DNA from: Pseudogymnoascus verrucosus
Taxonomy: Eukaryota
Length of the DNA stretch: 64,000 nt
Reading direction: 5' to 3' (one strand)
NCBI GenBank assembly: GCA_001662655.1
Contig: KV460249.1
Of this stretch, positions 1-12,927 are shown one piece after another; within the stretch, counting starts at the first letter, position 1; every line of letters begins with the position of its first letter. The notes under the pieces were generated by a model, which saw only the letters and a program-made list of their open reading frames with translations, was not told the DNA's origin and made no database searches. Both the position numbers and the translations under genes were made by a program.

Positions 1-1667
1 ACCGAAACCTCATGCTCCAAGGCATCCTCACCCAATGCTGCTTCCCGCAGCTCTCCTACCTCTCCACCGCCGTCCGCGACCTCATCCGCATCGACTTCAT
101 CACCGCGCTCCCCTCCGAAATCTCCTTCAAAATCCTGTGCTACCTCGACACCACCTCCCTCTGCAAAGCAGCACAGGTCAACCAGCGCTGGCGCAGCCTA
201 GCGGATGACGATGTCGTCTGGCATAAGATGTGTGAGCAGCATATCGATCGCAAGTGCGTGAAGTGCGGGTGGGGACTCCCCTTGCTCGAGAGGAAGAGGT
301 TGAGGGATTGGAAGAGGCAGCAGCAGCTGCGCGCGACGGGGAGGGGACTGAATGAGTGGTCCCCGCAACTCACGCCGCAGCCTGAGGCGGGGGATGGGGC
401 GGCGATACCGAGGCTGGAGTTGGTCGCCGCGGTGGATCAGAATGGGAGGAAGCGCTCGGCTTCTTCGTCGCTGTCGGAAGATGGAAATGCCTCGCCTACT
501 CAGATTAAGAAACTCCGCACGCTCGAACCCGTAGCTAATGGCGCGGTTGTATCGCGTACTAGCACACCCCGCTTCAGGCCGTGGAAGGAGGTATACAAAG
601 ACCGCTTTAAGGTCGGGACAAATTGGAAGTACGGGCGGTGTACAACCAAGGTGTTTAGGGGGCACACGAACGGCGTTATGTGTCTCCAGTTCGACGACTC
701 TATCCTCGCGACAGGGTCATACGATACTACCATCAAGATCTGGGATATCGATACCGGCAAGGAACTCCGCACCCTCCGCGGCCACACCTCAGGGATCAGG
801 TCTCTGCAATTCGACGACACGAAACTTATTAGTGGCTCCCTAGATCGCACGCTCAAGGTATGGAATTGGCGCACGGGAGAGTGCATGTCCACCTACCAGG
901 GCCACACGGGTGGCATAATGTCCCTCCACTTCGACGGCAACCTCCTCGCCAGCGGCTCCGTCGATAAATCAGTCAAGATCTGGAATTTCTCAGATAAATC
1001 CACATTCTCCCTCAAGGGCCACCGCGACTGGGTCAACGCAGTGAAAGTCGATTCCGCATCCCGCACCGTCTTTTCCGCTTCAGACGACTGCAGTATCAAA
1101 CTATGGGACCTCGATTCCAAAGTCTGCATCAAGACTTTTGAAGGGCATGTTGGACAGGTCCAGCAGGTTTTACCGCTGCCGGCGGATTATGAACCGGAGC
1201 TTGATGATACCACCCCCCCGACGGCAGATGACGCATCTTCCAACGCCTCATCAGCTGAACTTCCCAACCCCTCCGACCTCCGCTCCACCTTCGGCCCCGC
1301 CTTCACCGCCGGCTGCGCCACGAACCGCCCCCTGCCACCACGGTACATGTTAACCGGCGCGCTGGACTCCACCGTCCGCCTCTGGGACGTCTACACGGGC
1401 CGCTGTCTTAAAACATTCTTCGGCCACGTCGAGGGGGTTTGGGCGCTGGCGGGGGATACACTTAGAGTTGTGTCAGGGGCGGAGGATCGCATGGTGAAAG
1501 TGTGGGATGCGAGGACGGGGAGGTGCGAGAGGACGTTTATGGGACATGCGGGGCCGGTTACGTGTATTGGCTTGAGTGATAGTAGGATTTGTACGGGGAG
1601 TGAGGATTGTGAGGTTAGGTTGCAGAGTTTTAAGGGGGATTTGGGGGAGGGGGAGGGGGGGGTGTAG
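1..1667 (+). CDS. sconB: F-box/WD40 SCF substrate adaptor, sulfur controller SconB/Scon-2/Met30 type; 5' end lies upstream of the window
   Basis: F-box ([19 protein letters not shown]), the [22 protein letters not shown] motif typical of Met30/Scon-2, and multiple GH...WD repeats. The frame is open to the window start. Confidence 0.9.
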   Translation, partial: RNLMLQGILTQCCFPQLSYLSTAVRDLIRIDFITALPSEISFKILCYLDTTSLCKAAQVNQRWRSLADDDVVWHKMCEQHIDRKCVKCGWGLPLLERKRLRDWKRQQQLRATGRGLNEWSPQLTPQPEAGDGAAIPRLELVAAVDQNGRKRSASSSLSEDGNASPTQIKKLRTLEPVANGAVVSRTSTPRFRPWKEVYKDRFKVGTNWKYGRCTTKVFRGHTNGVMCLQFDDSILATGSYDTTIKIWDIDTGKELRTLRGHTSGIRSLQFDDTKLISGSLDRTLKVWNWRTGECMSTYQGHTGGIMSLHFDGNLLASGSVDKSVKIWNFSDKSTFSLKGHRDWVNAVKVDSASRTVFSASDDCSIKLWDLDSKVCIKTFEGHVGQVQQVLPLPADYEPELDDTTPPTADDASSNASSAELPNPSDLRSTFGPAFTAGCATNRPLPPRYMLTGALDSTVRLWDVYTGRCLKTFFGHVEGVWALAGDTLRVVSGAEDRMVKVWDARTGRCERTFMGHAGPVTCIGLSDSRICTGSEDCEVRLQSFKGDLGEGEGGV

Positions 1668-2329
1668 GTGGAGCGTTTGGGGGGGGGGGGAAGGGTGGTT
1701 GATGTTTTGTTTTGAGCGGGATGCTTTGTTCTGGGGGAGGATGGAAGGATACCACGGCATTGAATCGGATGATTTGGATTGGAATCGAGGCTCAACGACA
1801 GCCCCACGGCTGGATAATCAAATGGCGTTATTTAGGGTTTACGTATGGGCGGCGGCGGCGGCGGGATGGCTTTGCGATTTGCTCATCTTAGCGGCTTCTT
1901 TATATTTTTGTTATATGGGGCCAGTAGGGGAAAACGGCGGATACCCTGGAAAATGGGAGTAAAAAGGGGGGAGGGCGGGGGAGATTAGATTCAGTCATGT
2001 GTTGTACGATATGAATATGAATATGAATACCAATATCATGAATGAGACGAGAGGGAATAGTGATGTGATGTGACAGGTGTATGTGATAGGTGTATGTTAG
2101 GAATCTTGGTGGAATGACAGGTAGGATGCGAGGTGGTGTGTGAGAGTAGTGATATCTTCTGTACAGTATTGATACTGCGGATTGTGCCCAGGAGAGAGAA
2201 CGAGGGTGGAGAGGGGACGACGAGGGTATATACATCCAAAAACGCGTAGACAGCCCCAACACAACCTAGCTAACATTCGTATGTATCATTTATCTATGGG
2301 CGAAAGATTTATATACCCTACTGCCTTCT

Positions 2330-3136
2330 CTTTTTAGCATCCTAACAAGGTTTATATAAACTTACTTCTATATTATAGATAACATAGTTAAAGTAGCTAT
2401 AGAGAATAGGGGCAATAGAAAGGAGGTGATAACACTACTTCTTAACTAACGAGGAGATGATGTCTATATTACAGATAATGTAGTTAAAGCAGCTATAGGG
2501 AATAGGGGCTGTAGAAAAGAGGTGATGACACTACTTCTCGACTGACAAGGAGATGATGTCAATATTACAGATGACGTGGTTAAGGAAGCTGTAGGGAATG
2601 AGGGTAGTGGTAAGGAGGTGATGACACTACTTCTCGACTAACGAGGAGATAATGTCTATATTACAGATGACGTGGTCAAAGCAGCTGTGACGAGTGGACA
2701 AGAGGAGGTTTTAAAGCTGATTAACACGCGACTAAATATTCTTATATCGAAGCAGTTGTTTACACTCGCTCAGTTTTATAATTTGGCAAAAGCTGGAGAT
2801 GTGAAAACGATCCGAAGTTTGTTACGGCAAGGCATTGACCCAGATCTCAAAAATCCTAGGAATGTATCTCCTCTTTGGAGAGCTGCGCAATCCGCGAGTC
2901 TTACAGTAGACAAACTACTTCTCGATACTCAAGCTGTCGATCTTAATGCGCAAAGCACAGCTGGACGATCTCCTATATTTTGGGCAGCAGCAAATGGTCA
3001 CACACGCATCGTTGATTTGTTGTTAGATAGAGGGGCAAATCCTAGTCTTCCTGATGAAAATGGGCGAATACCCCTTTCAGTGGCCAAGGAGAACGGACAT
3101 GACGACATTGTAGATGTGTTACGGGCCATGCTGTAG
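2330..3136 (+). pseudogene. RIP-mutated C-terminal fragment of an NLR-like/ankyrin-repeat gene
   Basis: Tandem ~93-nt repeats encoding ITDDVVKAA.GN.G.GKEVMTLLLD*RGDDV with in-frame stops, followed by ankyrin repeats (GRSPIFWAAANGH, GRIPLSVAKENGH). Confidence 0.75.
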
Positions 3137-4897
3137 AGCTGACCCACGTGATGGAACAACAGGAATAGTATTAACAGTATGTTGTTCTATGAGTTCCTGT
3201 GGTTCCCAGTGTCACAAAGCACCTGTATACACAGTCATTACAGTAGTAGATAGGAGCTGCCTGCTCAGTTCAATATAATACCTTTACTCATACTATAAAT
3301 GTGCATATTTGAGAAGCCTTCGTCACTCTCCTATATTTCTTTCTCAGGGTGAGCGATACTCGTTGAGTCCATTGATGGGGACTCGTAATTATTGAAACAG
3401 GTAACATGTTCAATTCTTAAAGCCTCTTGTTCCTCTCCGTGGATACTCTTCGATATAATCTCTAGCAAGCCAATCACCGCATCCAGCGTAATCGCATGTG
3501 TCACACCATACACATGAAGAGTTTGCTCGGTTGCTGTGCATATTCGACTGTTGTGGAAGATCTCCCGGTTTTTCAAGTCTAGGATAAAAGGATGTTTCTG
3601 GAGAATAATGTTTAGCTCCAAAGATAGATGCAAATCAACTATGATACAGTGCCGCGCTTCGTGGTTGAAAGTGAGAGGAATTAACACTTCCCTTGGTCTC
3701 CCAGCCAGATTGATATCTATGACAAGAGGCATAACGACGACTGGAGAGCGAATATACGAATGGTGCCCCAGACGTTGAAGTCCGATCGGCCTTCAGGTAC
3801 GACAGGGGTGGAGCGCGTTGGCCAGAGTTTCCAAATAAGGACAAGTGACCTACTACCACTTTAAGCGCTATGGTTGCGGGGGATCAGCGAGTAAACGTGG
3901 AAATAGAGGTAACAACCGCAACAAATAAGAATACCGCTTCACGAATGGAGAGGAACGCCAAGCTTGGGGCACGCCAAGTATCCAAGCTTGTGACATGCAC
4001 AGATGATACTCAAATCGTCGACTGAAAAGCGAAATCTGCATTCTGAAGGTTGTCACGCAAGCCCCTCTCTCGAGCACAGTGATTCCAATCAATTGTTGCA
4101 ATATTACCTGAGTGTCGGGGATGTCCACCAAAATTGAGTGGGTATCCTAGCCGAGCAGAATTATCATTTAGCACGCATCAAGTGAAGCAGCCGCAATAAA
4201 GGCTTCAGCATAAAGTACAGTATATAGAACAGTAACAATTAAATCTATCAACTAATCTATAATATCTACTTGGCCTGTTCTACTATTTGTAAGACCCCGT
4301 GAGGTCCAGCTTCACCAGTGAAGGTGAAGCCAGAATGTGGCTTCGGTGGCTGTCTCTGAGCATCTGGAAGAAATACTTGCGAGTGAACTTCACGTAGGGC
4401 AGCGGAAATATGATATTCCGAGATTCGTGGTTTTTAACCCGAACACACTATGACAGAATCTGTTTGTTGCCTAGCGCTAACGTCTCCAATAATTGGTCTT
4501 CATTGATGCCTCCCTTCCCTGTGTAACCACTTCCAGAGGTCGTTTGGGCAGGACACAAGACCCAAGTTTCGTGCAAAGTAGCCAACCAAATCTCGTTTTC
4601 ACGAAGTCGCATTGCTGCTCACAGACACCAGAAGTAGCCTCAGGGAGCCGCTGTCGTGATCGCAGAGTCTAGGGCGTGGCCTTTCGAGAGGCCCGAGGCG
4701 GATTTCGGAAATCGACCAACCGTTTCGCGTTTTTTAAGCGCTCTTAGGCCGCTTTAGTGGTCGCCACAAGTAGAGAAGTGTGGGCCTTGAGGCAGTCCAG
4801 GTAAAAGCAGCATTGGTCCTAGAGCGGGAACAGGGAAGCGGAAGGCTGACAACAGGGGACGGTTTTGGTAGTGGTCTTGGCGCAAAAGCGATGGCAG

Positions 4898-5002
4898 CTC
4901 AAGGAGAACTAGGCATCCCGTCGGCTCTGCCATACATAACCTTGAGATCGGTGGATTAGTAGTTGGGTGGGTGACCACCAGCGAATACCCACTGTTGTAT
5001 GT
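4898..5002 (+). rRNA. 5S rRNA gene copy lacking a recognisable first ~14 nt (probable pseudogene or split gene)
   Basis: Contains TTAGTAGTTGGGTGGGTGACCACCAGCGAATACCCACTGTTGTATGT and the CTCAAGG/CCTTGAG helix, followed by T-runs. The canonical ACATACGACCAT 5' end is absent. Confidence 0.85.
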
Positions 5003-6861
5003 ATTTTGTCTTTTTATACTATAGATCTACCTTCTTCTCCTTGGTGGCGTGGCAGGGTTGCCGTGTCCACACTTTTTTCGCCGGGAGGCATGATTTTACA
5101 ACCGGCCTGAGCCTTAAAAGGGTAGGGGTCTATCAGTACAATTTTAGAGCATTTTCAGAAAAGCCTTCGTACAAACATCGGTTCATGGCAATTATAGCTA
5201 TTAAAATACTCTATTAATATAGGTCCTTAGTTTTGTTATAAACTTAACATTAATAGGGAGAATAGCAAGCCTAAGCTATAAGTCTAGCTAAATAACATAG
5301 TTAGATATAGCTTATTACATGCTAAGTATACTCACGAATGTAACTAGCTAACTTCTCTCTACACTTAGTTTGCCATTTAGACCTTTCCTAGTTGCTAGTT
5401 TAAGGGCGATTCATTTTAATTACATATTTCACTACTACTATAGCGCCGTGTTATATTTACGTAGTCGTGAGTTGTTTACTTACGCGTGGTAGCACTTTAC
5501 AGCAGAAAACTAAGGTGTGTGGTTAACAACTAGTATCACTAGGTAGTGGCTAACAGATCGGTGCTCTTTCAAATTGTAAGCCACTATCTCCGTTAGCTTA
5601 TTACCACTCTTACTCACAGGCATAGGTCGCAACTGCATCTGAGACGTAATCTGAGTTTTAGAGACACCACGCCAACGTCATCAATGACTTCCTTTGCCCA
5701 CGTACGATAAAGGATTAGGAATAATCCAGTGAGGATAATTAGGTAGAGGACCATTGGATGGGGAATCATTAGGTGGAGGGTCATCGAAATTCAAGGTAAT
5801 TAAAACACGATCGATGAATCAACTCACAATTATAACCGAAGACAACCAAAGTCGTTGTTGTCGGAACAATCAACCTTGGATGGTATCTGATATCTTCCTC
5901 GCAATTCAAGCGGCTGATTAAAGAGATAAACGAGCAAGCTTTTTCTCAGGCTCCGTAATTTCCCCCTCGTACATATCCTACCCGCGGCCAGAAGTTCTCC
6001 GCGTCATCAGCCTTCTCGCCAACCCAAGCGGCCTGACGAGGTTTAAAGGCTCCATGGTCATCTGGGTTTTCATGGTTCGCAAGAAAGCGTTGCGGGATCT
6101 TGTCATCTCCAGCCGCTTGCTTGTCCCAGTCAACGTCTTCCAGCGACATAGATCCGTTCATCCACAAGAGCCCAAACCCAGACTCGCACTACTCAGGGTT
6201 CTACAGTGTCTCGGAGTTCACCAACTGATACTGAGTTGATTCAAAGCGTGGATTACCAAGAATATCATTTTCAGGGAACCTACTGAAAGGGCGATGTTAG
6301 GGTGAAGCGAGGGTGGCAGGATGACTTCTCTCGACCAAAATATTCGCCATTCTTCACCATGTCCTCTTCTCAATCAATACAATCGCAAGCAGTGTCATCC
6401 TAATATTACCAGTCATTATTCTCAGCACCCCCATCATCCCACCCGTTATGCAGCCACTACCCTCATAATCACCTGAATCTTCAGCCCCGTAACAAGCGGC
6501 GTCGTTCCCCACAACGGCGCTAATGCCGTGTCTGCTCCATGAGGCTTGTATCTCACCCGTTGATTCCTCTAACCTTTTCTTTCACTTTGAACTCTGAAGC
6601 AAACAATCGGATTAAAGTCGACTTGCTACATAGAATACAAGCTGCCAGCTCTCCCAAGTTCATTCCGACCATCGATCGATCTCCAGGTATCAATTACAGG
6701 TCTTGCTGGAAAACCATACAAAAGATCAGTGCACCCACAGCCTTCTCATGCAAACAGGACGTATCACCCGGGAAACAAAAATTCGTTTTTTTATAGGGCT
6801 CGTCGCCTGTGACACTTTCCCTGGTCTGACAAATGGAGAGTAATTATCCTTCTTTTCATTG

Positions 6862-7713
6862 TTACCGATTGGCTTTTATTTGTCTTTTGAGTAGCATCTC
6901 GTTCTCATCCCTCCTGGCCTTTTCTACCTGCTTCCTGCCCTTGATAATTACTGCTTTCTGCTGTACCCTAGACAAGTGCATGAGACTCATTCGATCCCCA
7001 GCCCGCAAAGTGGCAAGCTGATTGTGAAAAGTAGCTTCGCGTTTGGCAATCTTATTCGATTCAGACTGCGCAGATTGGCCGAGAGTTGTATCAGACTGAG
7101 GCCTAGATATATCGAGGGCCGTAGATGGACTTGTTGGAGGGAGGCCCCGAACTTTTGTGTAAGTTGTCCGGTGTTGGTGTAGGCGCCGTTTGCCTTCCGT
7201 TCGATGCGACAAGAGCTTTCCTGATGGCAAACGCATCGATTCTTCGACGACGACACCACTCAAGCCCTCTGGAATCAATTTTATGGACCCGCCATCGCTG
7301 TCGTCAGAGGTAGAGTGAAAATCATAGAAGTCCCTGAATTCCGAGTCCTCGCTGAGTATGTCAATCTTGCAATGCCCTTTGCCCATCATGTGCTGCTGCG
7401 CAGCTTGAGCACTGCTTCGTTGAGAGCCACAGTACAGACACTCAAAGTAGACGAATATAAGGAGGTGGAGGTACTCGGCCAAGGTTTCAATATCTACTAC
7501 CAAATGAGAAGTATGCGGTATGAAAAGACCATGCCTTTTAAGCATGTGCTCGAGGTTCTCATCGAGTTCTATGCTGCTGTGTTTGCAGAATAAACACTGC
7601 GTATGGTCAAATTGGATGTCTGACTTCTGTCTGTCCGCGCTGTCATCGTTCACAGATAAAAGAGACAAGCCCTTCTCGATACCCCTAGTAGAATAGTGAG
7701 AGTTGGTCGACAT
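6862..7713 (-). CDS. C2H2 zinc-finger protein of the Rei1/Reh1 (pre-60S factor)/TRI15-like family; an upstream exon may be missing from this call
   Basis: CLFCKH...LEHMLKRHGLFIP and FECLYCGSQRSSAQAAQQHMMGKGHCKI motifs, plus the MRLPSGKLL motif typical of Rei1-like proteins. Confidence 0.75.
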   Translation of the reverse strand: MSTNSHYSTRGIEKGLSLLSVNDDSADRQKSDIQFDHTQCLFCKHSSIELDENLEHMLKRHGLFIPHTSHLVVDIETLAEYLHLLIFVYFECLYCGSQRSSAQAAQQHMMGKGHCKIDILSEDSEFRDFYDFHSTSDDSDGGSIKLIPEGLSGVVVEESMRLPSGKLLSHRTEGKRRLHQHRTTYTKVRGLPPTSPSTALDISRPQSDTTLGQSAQSESNKIAKREATFHNQLATLRAGDRMSLMHLSRVQQKAVIIKGRKQVEKARRDENEMLLKRQIKANR

Positions 7714-9227
7714 CAAGAGAAATTTGAGCTAACTAACGTTACGCCATCCACTTCGTAACATTCTTCGTAGCTCAGGTCTATATTAGCTCCCTTTATCTTG
7801 AGGGAATCAAGAGTTCCGAAGCTTGAGCATGGGGACAAATCGCTTTGTGTGTCTGAATTATTGGTCATCTTTGGGGCTTTACCGCCTCTCAAGCTCGTTG
7901 TTCTCGCGATGAATGGCTTATTGAGAGGCAGCTGAATGTGCCGTGGTAAGCACGCGATAATGATGTAGATTTGGATACAGTAGAAAAAGGAATATAAACC
8001 ATGTACTCAATTTAAAGTGGGGAATTGGATTGAACCAGGGGTAAGGCTGTCGGCCGCTGTCTCGGACCATTCCGTGCGTCAGATAAACAGATAAACTTGA
8101 AAGAGATCGGCAAGAGATTGGCAAAGCTTAGACATGACTTGCCGCGTCATATTCAGGGTTCATACTCCGCCTCCCGCCTCCCGCCTCCCGCCGCCTCTAA
8201 AGCGCCAAGGGGACGTTCTAAGGAACACCGTGATGAAGATACTTTGAACACACTACGAAGCCACTGCACCCTCACTACAAAGACACTACCACCACGCCAA
8301 TCCCATGCCAGCCGCAACAGGGACAGCCGCTATCCCCCGCTCGGCGCGAGGAAAAGCGCATTAATCCTCATCAACCCTGCTGCGGCCCTGGCTGCGAAGG
8401 GAAGGTCCGAGGTCAAAAAACGGCTTTGTATTTTTTCGCTACTGTTCGTACCGTATTGTACTGTACCTTTGGGCTGTGCAGCGCTGTCAAGTGGTACCTG
8501 AGCCACATCCAACAACCGTCAAAACAGTTCCCCATCCACCAGTCACCGACCCCCTGCCCCAGTCCCCCCTTCTGTTCTGCCCAATCCCGACATTCATCCG
8601 CCCTGGCCCACAGTTCTCCACAAGCCAGTGCAGTACTTGTACTACTGTGCTATACCCAGTGCTGTACCCAGTACTGTCCACAGGCAGATCGATCCTTCCT
8701 CTTTCTCGAACAACTGGTTATGGACCTTCTCGATGCAGCACATGTCCATTACTGCGAAGTAATATAACCGAAACGAGAAGTTCATGGCGCCCGTCGTGCC
8801 TCATGGTATTTCCAGAAGTTTGTGTTTCGTGGATAGACAATGCCCTGTGCCTTAGCTGCGAGGTAGCGTCCCAGCGAGCCACTGGGAAACGCTGATTTGC
8901 GCCCGATTTTCACCCTCTGAGAGGTTCGAGAAGGACTTTCCAAGTTGCGCTTCGGTCAGATTTCGGGGCGTTAAGTAGCCAGTTAAACCAAGTAAAATCA
9001 GGTGCAGTGGAAATTACCAGCATGAACACTTTGCAGAATACAAAGCGGCACAGCCGGACAGGAGTTTCGCCCCATGTTTTGCCCACCCACGATCGTATCC
9101 ACGAAACGCAGCCTGCTGACAAAAAAAGGATTTGTTGATACTTGGTGATACACAATTTTTTGGCTCCGAACTGGCTCCAATGTGCTAATCTCAATATCAA
9201 ACTGCCTAGGACTGGGAATTTGTAGTC

Positions 9228-11433
9228 ATGAAACCAGCTGTTACAAATCGTAGGTTAACTGCTTAATGAGGGTTTTGGTATTCGGTTCAGAGATCGTTTG
9301 ATTTGTCACTAACTCTTGTTTCAATTCAGGCGCACGAAGTTGCAATGGTTGCTGGACTTGTCGAGTTCGCAAGAAGAAATGCGATGAGGCCCGGCCTTCC
9401 TGCTTTTTATGCATCTCTTTCAGATTGGAATGTCACGGGTATGGGCCGAAGCCCAAGTGGATGGACAATGGAACATTACAGCAAGAGCAAGCTACTAAGA
9501 TCAAACACATCGTCAGACAGACGAGTAGATCAAAAAGGCGAAGATGGACGGTAAATTCAGATGCGCTATCTCTAGAATGCGGAAGCTCGCAGGCTTTACA
9601 TTTGTCGGCTTCTGTTGATGGACTCCTTGATGGGTGGGACGATGAACCAACACAAAATAACATTTTCCCTGGAGTCGGAGTTATCGACGCGACTTCCTTG
9701 GACGAACCCACGTGGACGAATCTTTTTGATAACGACTCCCTCGCTTCACAGGCCCTTCTCAGTCCCAATGGCATAACGGAACTTTCCAAAACGAGCCTGA
9801 ATGTGGATTTGGAGCGGCCTGTGATATCAACTGGATCCGCTGATACCATCTTCGATCCAGCATCTGAATTAGTAGATGCGCGCCAAAGTGAAGGCATGTG
9901 GGATGACAGCGGGACTCGAGATGACCTTCTTACTTCCGATGGGACAGCCTGGACTTCATGTTCCGATAAAGAGATTTTTCTTGAGTCCCGCCTAGAATCC
10001 GCCACTCATTATCAAATCCACCCAGTAACTCGATGTCAAAAGGATGCTTTGACAGCTGGAATCTCTGGGCAACAGATAACGGCCCTAGCAGGGATGAACC
10101 GGTTGGCCTCTGGTGGAGAAACTGAGGACATGTTGTTCATGCACTACTTGGATCAAGTATTCTATATTCAGTATCCGTTCTTTGATGCACATAAGAAACA
10201 GAAGAGAGGTTGGCTACTTTCTATCCTGAAGGGAGTCAAATCGACATACCACGCAAGCCTCGCTTTAAGTGAGCATCATCTGCTCTCGACACAATTTCCA
10301 AATTCCGAAACAACCACTTCGCTTATGAAGCTACGATCCAAGGATAGTTACTATTACCTAGCAAATCAGGAGATGGAACTCAGCGTTGGCGGATCGAGTT
10401 GGTGGGACGAAAGCATCCGCCTGGTGCGCAGCATTGAATGTCTTGCTTGTATTCTGCAGCTCTTGTTCTTAGAGGTAGATAAACTGATTTCCAGCTTTAC
10501 TGCCCACTTGTTGACTCTATATTTCTGCAGATATTTGCGGGCGGTGCAGATAATTGGCAAAACAATCTCCGCACAGCTGCAGGTTTTCTTCCGGCAATCA
10601 TACAAGGGTCGACTTCTCTTGTACCAGGGCATTTAAGAGATCGGAATATCAGGAGCAGCGAGCCTATACAGAAGTCTCTGGGTGCCAAAGAGAGCGAGGC
10701 AATTAACTTCTTGCTTGGCTCCTTTATAGCTCTTGATATTATTTCTTGTGCTTCTACTCGTTCAGCACCTCTGTTGGATATCGATCATATATCAATGCTT
10801 CAAACGCTTGACGTTGATTCAAGAAGCTTCATAGGTTGCGATAACACTATCATGATTCTCATCTTCGAGATATCTCAATTGGATAGTTGGAAGAAAGACG
10901 CTAATGAGTCTCAAAAGCTAAGCATTGTAGAGTTGGCAAAGCGTGGAAGTCGAATCGAGGAGCGTATCCACCGAAAGATTGCTGAGATTGAGAATGCATC
11001 TTTGTCTAGGCTATCTTCGAAAAGGGATTCGAGATTGTTGTTGATGTCAGCTTATGCTGATATCAACAGAATCTTTGCTTTTTCTGCCATTGTCTACCTC
11101 CATGTTGTTATTTCCGGAGCCCATCCCGAGCTACCAGAAGTGAAAGAAGGCGTATCGAAGACCCTAGCTGCTCTGCAGAGCTTGGAAGATAAGGAATTGC
11201 TGGTAAACGCTGTCTGGGCCTTCTGCATTTCTGGGTCCTTGGCAGTCGAAAGCCAGCAAGGGTCTTTTCGAGAGCTTTTTTCGGCAGCGAAGGTCACTCA
11301 TTCTACTGTTGGATCATTTGCAGAAGCTTTCAAGATTATGGAAACGTGTTGGGAGATGAGAAGGAATGGTTCATGCAGTTGTGATTGGGTATCTGCAATG
11401 GACAAACTCGGTCGACATGTTCTGCTGAGGTAG
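9228..11433 (+). CDS. Zn(II)2Cys6 transcription factor with fungal-specific C-terminal domain; putative cluster regulator
   Basis: Splicing introns 9250-9329 and 10475-10530 (GT..AG; CTAAC branch site in the first) gives MKPAVTNRARSCNGCWTCRVRKKKCDEARPSCFLCISFRLECHGYG, then HYLDQVFYIQYPF and a continuous frame to TAG at 11433. Confidence 0.9.
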
Positions 11434-11691
11434 CTGAGTTGGGGGGAACAATGAGAGCCTCTGTACGAGTCAGAGTCACGGACATGCTTCACAGGGTCTT
11501 GGACTGGGGTCTTGGACTGGGGTCTTGGACTGGCTTTGTAATATGACGAAACCCACACTACCCTGCTAGTGTGCCTCGCATAATATTCCTGTAGAGATCA
11601 CAATTATTTTGGGAATTCTAGAGTAAAGAGAAATCCATCAAGTTTCTAGATATGGAAGTTTGATCACAGATATAAGTTATTATAAATTTCT

Positions 11692-12434
11692 TCAATTATT
11701 TGGCAAAGAAGTGTGGTAACCTTTCTTTAAAACACGATCATATAACAACGCGGACTGTCCACATTTCCTGATATCGTCTGCTCCGTTGATGAAGTGCTGT
11801 AACGTGCCGTTGATGACCGGAGGTCGCTCTATTGTACTGTCCGCATTGCATAACAGAGTCTTGTAAAGAAGATTCATTAGTTCAATTGAGCATGATTTGA
11901 TTAGAATGATCTTACCTCTCTCAAATAGTCCATGCAGTGTGGCCAATGGAGGTCATCGTTCTGATCGATTCCAACGAATTTCCCCTCAGACGAAGCTTGG
12001 AGCGCCATTCGCAACCCGGCCAAGCAATGTAATTGATGAAACATAGAAATCATTCCAACTGTCTCCTTTCCATCCGGATTGCCGTCTGAGGCCCAGACCA
12101 ATCCTCCATGCCCTGAAGTGTCATTCACTGTAAGAGCTTCCCAAAGTATATCTTTTCGGTGGTCAAGTGTCATGTAATCTGTGTTACCACCAAACTTTTG
12201 TATCGAGAATTCTGTCTCTTGTGGGCATTGCGCCGAGAATATAGCCAACGGAAGACAGGGAATCAGTATTCCAAGCAGTACTAAGATAATAAAGCGCTCT
12301 GTAGTGAAGAGTGGCCGTAAAGAACGAAGATTGAAGGTCTTAAAAGATATAGAACGAGTCCTTGTGTATTGAGATGTTGGAAGTAATTCAGTGCTGTTCT
12401 CGTCGAAATCCTTTTCAGGAAGCTTTGTGTACAT
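11692..12434 (-). CDS. DUF3328/UstYa-family oxidase 1
   Basis: N-terminal TM helix, FHQLHCL and HWPHCMDYLRE|TLLCNADSTIE motifs. One intron at 11860-11915. Confidence 0.92.
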
Positions 12435-12927
12435 GTTAGTGGTAAACTTGGGTTGAGAATAACTATGAGTGCAAGCAAGAAAACCTCGGTGGAATGATGT
12501 AGGAAGCTAAGTAGGATAACTACATTACCTCGCTCAAAGATCGAGTGCCTCCATACTACAGTGGCGGTAACGCTACTGTACTTGTGGACAGCCGCGCGCA
12601 GGTCGCTCGGCGGCATTGAAGGCAGCGCAGTCCCATTATCCATACGGAATGGAATCTTACTGGGTGTAACAGACGGCACGGCAAGACGAGCAATTTTGAT
12701 CGCTTCGAACCGTTGCGCCTAGTCTCTACAGAAGATGGGCCTCCAGATAAAGTCAAAACCCGGACGAGTTAAGATACCGCTTTGCACGTGAAATATCAAG
12801 AAGCTTTCACTTCGACGTCACAACTTCATGAAGAGATATCAACACGATGACGAAAAATGATACGTAAAGTCATATTTAGCAGAGACAGGTTCAATAAATT
12901 TCAGAGTATTTCCGGATTGTCATAACT

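Noticed and set aside
140..2262. Numerous antisense and alternative-frame ORFs over sconB and its 3' region
   Set aside because: These are shadow ORFs of a GC-rich coding sequence and a low-complexity UTR.
3331..4131. ORFs of 133 aa and 87 aa on the minus strand
   Set aside because: No recognisable motif. They may be a gene relic, but I cannot support a call.
5946..6540. Minus-strand coding-like stretch (FPENDILGNPRF...WMNGSMSLEDVDWDK)
   Set aside because: It has in-frame TAG stops and no family I can identify.
8097..8895. Overlapping 113-139 aa ORFs between the zinc-finger gene and the TF
   Set aside because: Low complexity, no domain, mutually overlapping. Likely promoter or UTR sequence.
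11494..11533. Triple GGGTCTTGGACTG repeat after the TF stop codon
   Set aside because: A short 3' UTR tandem repeat with no evidence of function.
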